Assembly (NCBI GenBank): GCA_022794615.1
Contig: JAAWFD010000005.1
Span: forward strand, 1 to 56,916
Length of the DNA stretch: 56,916 nucleotides
Source of the DNA: Clostridia bacterium
GTDB lineage: Bacteria; Bacillota; Clostridia; TANB77; CAG-508
Direction: 5' to 3'
This document shows positions 53,516 through 56,916 of this stretch, one piece after another. The position numbers and the translations under genes are program-made. The notes below the pieces were generated by a model. It did not search any database, was not told the DNA's origin, and worked only from the letters and a program-made list of their open reading frames with translations. Numbering within the stretch: position 1 is the first letter of the stretch; the number at the start of each line of letters is the position of its first letter.

Positions 53516-54031
53516 CTATTTTCTCCTTTGTTGGTTTTCAATGCGTTTCTTATATCTATTTTTTATCATTTCTTCTAGTGGTCTTTTCCATACTGTTGTA
53601 AATATATCTTTTTTACTTATTGGCTCTACTAATATTGTAAACATTTTACATCTATTTCCACCTATTACATCTGTAAATATTTGGTCTCCAACTACTCCTA
53701 TATTTTCTGGTTTCATATTTAATTCTTTTTGTATTTGTATGAATCCCTTTTTTAGTGGCTTTTTTGCAAACATCTTATATGGTAATTTTCCTAACTTCTC
53801 TGCAACTGTCTCTACTTTTTCTTTTTTGTTTGTATTTGATAATATATATAGTTTTACTCCTTGTCCTTGTAATTCTTTTGCCCAAGTTATTGTTTCTTGT
53901 TCTAAGTTTTTATAGTAATCTATTAGTGTATTGTCTACATCTAAAATTAATGCTTTTAATTTATTTCTTTTTATAAATTCTATATCTATTTTTCTTACAT
54001 TCTCTATTAATGCATTTGGATACAATATCAT
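53516..54031 (-). CDS. yqeG: YqeG family HAD IIIA phosphatase
   Basis: 'LDVDNTL', 'LSN', 'AKKP', 'VGDQIFTDV.GGNR'. Confidence 0.92.
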   Translation of the reverse strand: MILYPNALIENVRKIDIEFIKRNKLKALILDVDNTLIDYYKNLEQETITWAKELQGQGVKLYILSNTNKKEKVETVAEKLGKLPYKMFAKKPLKKGFIQIQKELNMKPENIGVVGDQIFTDVIGGNRCKMFTILVEPISKKDIFTTVWKRPLEEMIKNRYKKRIENQQRRK

Positions 54032-54094
54032 TTTTTTACACCCTTTCATGTGTGTTTTATCACATCGTACTTCTTAATTTTTTCCCTTTTTTAG

Positions 54095-55801
54095 TTACAT
54101 TTTATTAGGCATTTTTATTCCTAATAATTCTGCTCCCTGTTTTAATACTATTCCTGTTATATATGTTAAATATACTCGTGCATCTTGAATTTTTTTGTCT
54201 TCACATATTATTTTGTTTTCATTATAGAAACTACTAAATGCTTTTGCTATATCTATTAAATATCTTGAAAGGATTGATGGCTCTTCTTTTTCTGTTACTT
54301 GTATCAATATATCTTGAAAGTTATATATTAGTTTTATTAAATTGAATGAATATTCATCTTCTAATTCTTCTGCATCTATTTCTTCTGCTTTTGGTATATA
54401 TCCTGCTTTTTCTATTATACTATTTGTTCGTACAAAACTATATTGAATATATGGCCCTGTTTCTCCTTGAAAGTTTAATGCTGTATTCCAATCAAATACT
54501 TGGTCTTTTATTGTTGCAGTTGATAATGTATTAAATATTACTGCCCCTATTCCTACTTTTTTTGCAACTTCTTCTTTTTCTTCTAATTCAGGATTTTTTT
54601 CTTCTATTATCTCTTTTGCTCTTTCTATTGTTTCTTTTAATAAATCTTCTATTTTTAATACATTCCCTAATCTTGTTGACATTTTTCCAGTTGGTAAACT
54701 TACCATTCCATATGATACATGTTTTAATCCTTTTTGGTATTTTTCATCTACTAGATATTTTGCTACTTCAAATATTTGCTTAAAATGTAGGTTTTGCTCA
54801 TATGCTACTATATATAAGCATTTGTCAAAGTCATATGTTTGTGCTCTATACATTATTGCTGCTAAATCTCTTGTTGCATATATTGATGAGCCGTTTGCTT
54901 TTTGTATTAAGCATGGTGTACTTATTCCTACATCTTCTAATTCTACTATTTTTGCTCCTTCTGATTCTTCTATTTTTCCTTTTTCTTCTAATATTTTTAT
55001 TATTTTTTCTTTATCTTCTGCATATGATGCTTCTCCTTTGAATGAGTCAAATTTTATGTCTAATAATTCATATATTTTTTGAAATTCTATCATACTTAAG
55101 TCTTTGAATTTGTTCCATAACTGTGTGCAATACTCATCTTTTTCTTCTAATAGTTTAAAATTATTTCTGCACATTTCTAATACTTCTTCATCTTCTTTGC
55201 ATAATGCATTTATTCTTACATACATGTCTACCATTTTGTCTATTGGATTTTCTTCTAAATTGTATTCTTGTCCCCACATTTTGTATGCTTCTATCATTTT
55301 CCCGAATTGTGTTCCATAGTCTCCTAAATGGTTTATTCCTATTGTGTTATATCCTAAATATTTATATGTTCTATATAAGGCATTTCCTATTAGCGTTGTT
55401 CTTAAATGCCCTATATGAAATGGTTTTGCTATGTTTGGTGATGAATATTCTATTATTATATTTTTTCCATTTCCTATTGTTCCTTGTCCATATTTTTCTG
55501 CTTTATCTATTTCTTCTATTACTTCTTTTGCTAGTATCTTTTTGTTTATATAAAAGTTTATATATGCTCCTACTACTTCTATTTTTTCTATTATTTCTGA
55601 TTTAATTTCTATCTTTTCTTTTATTTCTTCTGCAATTATTTGTGGTGCTTTTTTCATTTCTTTTGCTAGTCTAAAACATGGAAAGGCGTAGTCTCCTTTT
55701 GTACTTTCTTTTGGTGTTTCTATATTTTCTATTATTTCTTCTTTTTTTATGCTTGTTGCTTTTTCTATATAACCCGCAATTTCTTCTTTTATTTTTATCA
55801 T
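54095..55801 (-). CDS. argS: Arginine--tRNA ligase
   Basis: 'EYSSPNIAKPFHIGHLR', 'NHLGDYGTQFG', 'YATRDLAA', 'KMSTR', 'GETGPYIQY'. Confidence 0.99.
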   Translation of the reverse strand: MIKIKEEIAGYIEKATSIKKEEIIENIETPKESTKGDYAFPCFRLAKEMKKAPQIIAEEIKEKIEIKSEIIEKIEVVGAYINFYINKKILAKEVIEEIDKAEKYGQGTIGNGKNIIIEYSSPNIAKPFHIGHLRTTLIGNALYRTYKYLGYNTIGINHLGDYGTQFGKMIEAYKMWGQEYNLEENPIDKMVDMYVRINALCKEDEEVLEMCRNNFKLLEEKDEYCTQLWNKFKDLSMIEFQKIYELLDIKFDSFKGEASYAEDKEKIIKILEEKGKIEESEGAKIVELEDVGISTPCLIQKANGSSIYATRDLAAIMYRAQTYDFDKCLYIVAYEQNLHFKQIFEVAKYLVDEKYQKGLKHVSYGMVSLPTGKMSTRLGNVLKIEDLLKETIERAKEIIEEKNPELEEKEEVAKKVGIGAVIFNTLSTATIKDQVFDWNTALNFQGETGPYIQYSFVRTNSIIEKAGYIPKAEEIDAEELEDEYSFNLIKLIYNFQDILIQVTEKEEPSILSRYLIDIAKAFSSFYNENKIICEDKKIQDARVYLTYITGIVLKQGAELLGIKMPNKM

Positions 55802-55990
55802 CGTATTTTTTCCTTTCTTGTGAATTTATTATATATTATTTCTATTTATAAATCAATCTATTTTTAGTAAAATTACTTCATATATTATATTTAGTCTTTT
55901 GGGTAAAATTTTTAGAATTGACTTTTTTCGACACATATCTTATAATTTTATAATAAATTATTATAAGTTATATAGATTGGAGTGATTTTT

Positions 55991-56437
55991 ATGCGTAAAA
56001 TATTTAAAGAATTTAAGGATTTTGCTTTAAGAGGTAATGTTTTGGATTTAGCCGTTGGGGTTATTATTGGTTCTGCTTTTCAAAATATTGTTAAGTCTTT
56101 GACTACTAACATTATTTCTCCTATTTTAGGATGCTTTAGTGAAGTTGATTTTTCTTCTTTCTCTTTGAAAATTGGTAATCTTAATCTTACTTATGGTGCT
56201 TTTATTACAGATGTTATTAATTTTATTATTATGGCTTTTATAGTTTTCTTGATTGTAAAGTTTATGAATAAATTGGCTAATTTAGGTAAAAAAGAGGCAG
56301 TTCCTGTTGTTAAGGAAGCTACTACTAAAATTTGCCCTCATTGTTTTAGTGAGATAAATATTAAGGCTGATAGATGCCCTTTTTGTACTTCTGAATTAGT
56401 TATAGAAGAAAATGAGTCAGTTGAACAGGAAAAATAA
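55991..56437 (+). CDS. mscL: Large-conductance mechanosensitive channel with C-terminal zinc ribbon
   Basis: 'FKDFALRGNVLDLAVGVIIG.AF', 'YGAFI..VINF', then CPHC...CPFC; GGAG RBS favours ATG 55991. Confidence 0.95.
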   Translation: MRKIFKEFKDFALRGNVLDLAVGVIIGSAFQNIVKSLTTNIISPILGCFSEVDFSSFSLKIGNLNLTYGAFITDVINFIIMAFIVFLIVKFMNKLANLGKKEAVPVVKEATTKICPHCFSEINIKADRCPFCTSELVIEENESVEQEK

Positions 56438-56451
56438 TTTATTATAATATG

Positions 56452-56760
56452 CACAAGAAAGAGCGGGGTGATATATCCCCGCCCTTTGGTTATCTCTGCA
56501 TGGCTGTCTCTACTTTGAAGGCCGCACCCTATCAAGTGATTCAGCCCTATCGCAACCCCAGCCAGTGCCGCTTCAGATTTGCGATTTTCTCTGCATTACT
56601 GTAACAGTGTGTCCTCTAATACCCATTTTTACTCCTTTCTATTATTCTACTAGAATTTTCGACATTGTTTCAAAATGTTATAAAGTGGGACTCCGAATAA
56701 TGCACATGCACAAATCCTCCTTGCTTTTATTCAAAAGCTCTGTGTTAGCAACTTTTGTTG
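56452..56760 (-). ncRNA. Candidate ~305-nt structured RNA / sORF transcript of unknown family
   Basis: Bounded by a consensus promoter and a terminator; no ORF over 17 aa recognised; multiple hairpins and a GC-rich 3' domain. Confidence 0.6.
56458..56487. terminator. GC-rich bidirectional terminator
   Basis: AAAGAGCGGGG / CCCCGCCCTTT arms; U-rich tail on the minus strand. Confidence 0.8.
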
Positions 56761-56766
56761 TCTGTA

Positions 56767-56795
56767 ATTATATTATGTTTATTTCAAAATGTCAA
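56767..56795 (-). promoter_or_regulatory. Consensus sigma-A promoter for the candidate RNA
   Basis: TTGACA (56795-56790), 17 bp, TATAAT (56772-56767). Confidence 0.8.
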
Positions 56796-56916
56796 TAATT
56801 TTTTAAAAGTTTATTTAATTTATATGAAAGAAATGTGATAATGTCTTAAGTAAAGAAATGAGAAAATGTCCCAACTAAAAAATATTTGTTCTCTTAAATG
56901 ATATAATTAAAAATAT

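Noticed and set aside
56452-56760. Assignment as RNase P RNA, tmRNA, SRP RNA or c-di-AMP riboswitch
   Set aside because: The universally conserved motifs of each were not found on either strand; left as unassigned.

Overview
Chromosomal segment of a very AT-rich, endospore-forming Clostridia-type firmicute. It carries spoVT, gerW/ytfJ and ytfI, and the gene style suggests an uncultured gut lineage, but taxonomy cannot be fixed from the sequence alone. Almost all genes lie on the minus strand. Backbone genes: prs-der-plsY-gpsA, asd-dapA, recA-recX-scpA-ytfI-gerW, spoVT, thrS with a T-box, eno, recN, greA, groES-groEL with a variant CIRCE, dCMP deaminase-pyrG, pepP, a frameshifted prepilin peptidase, yqeG, argS and mscL. 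A ~20 kb surface-glycan region (18.0-37.7 kb) has two parts: a Wzm/Wzt ABC-exported polysaccharide locus, including a GT2-HAD-PRT triple fusion that looks like a ribofuranosyltransferase, and a separately terminated amino-sugar cassette organised like a lipid-carrier (Arn/Gtr-type) modification system. The most interesting signals are: (1) an antitoxin-less PemK/MazF-fold gene followed by its own promoter, an ~85-nt structured RNA and a terminator (candidate RNA-antitoxin/type III-like TA); (2) a ~305-nt promoter-to-terminator transcript behind mscL with no long ORF and a GC-rich, possibly pseudoknotted domain flanked by 9-bp direct repeats; (3) the Arn-like cassette in a monoderm; (4) an identical 25-bp promoter core shared by recA and recN; (5) a compositionally foreign, C-terminally truncated substrate-binding/OmpA-type gene at the left edge. 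I recognised no rRNA, tRNA, CRISPR array, transposase or integrase. All family assignments come from motif recognition by eye; no searches were run.
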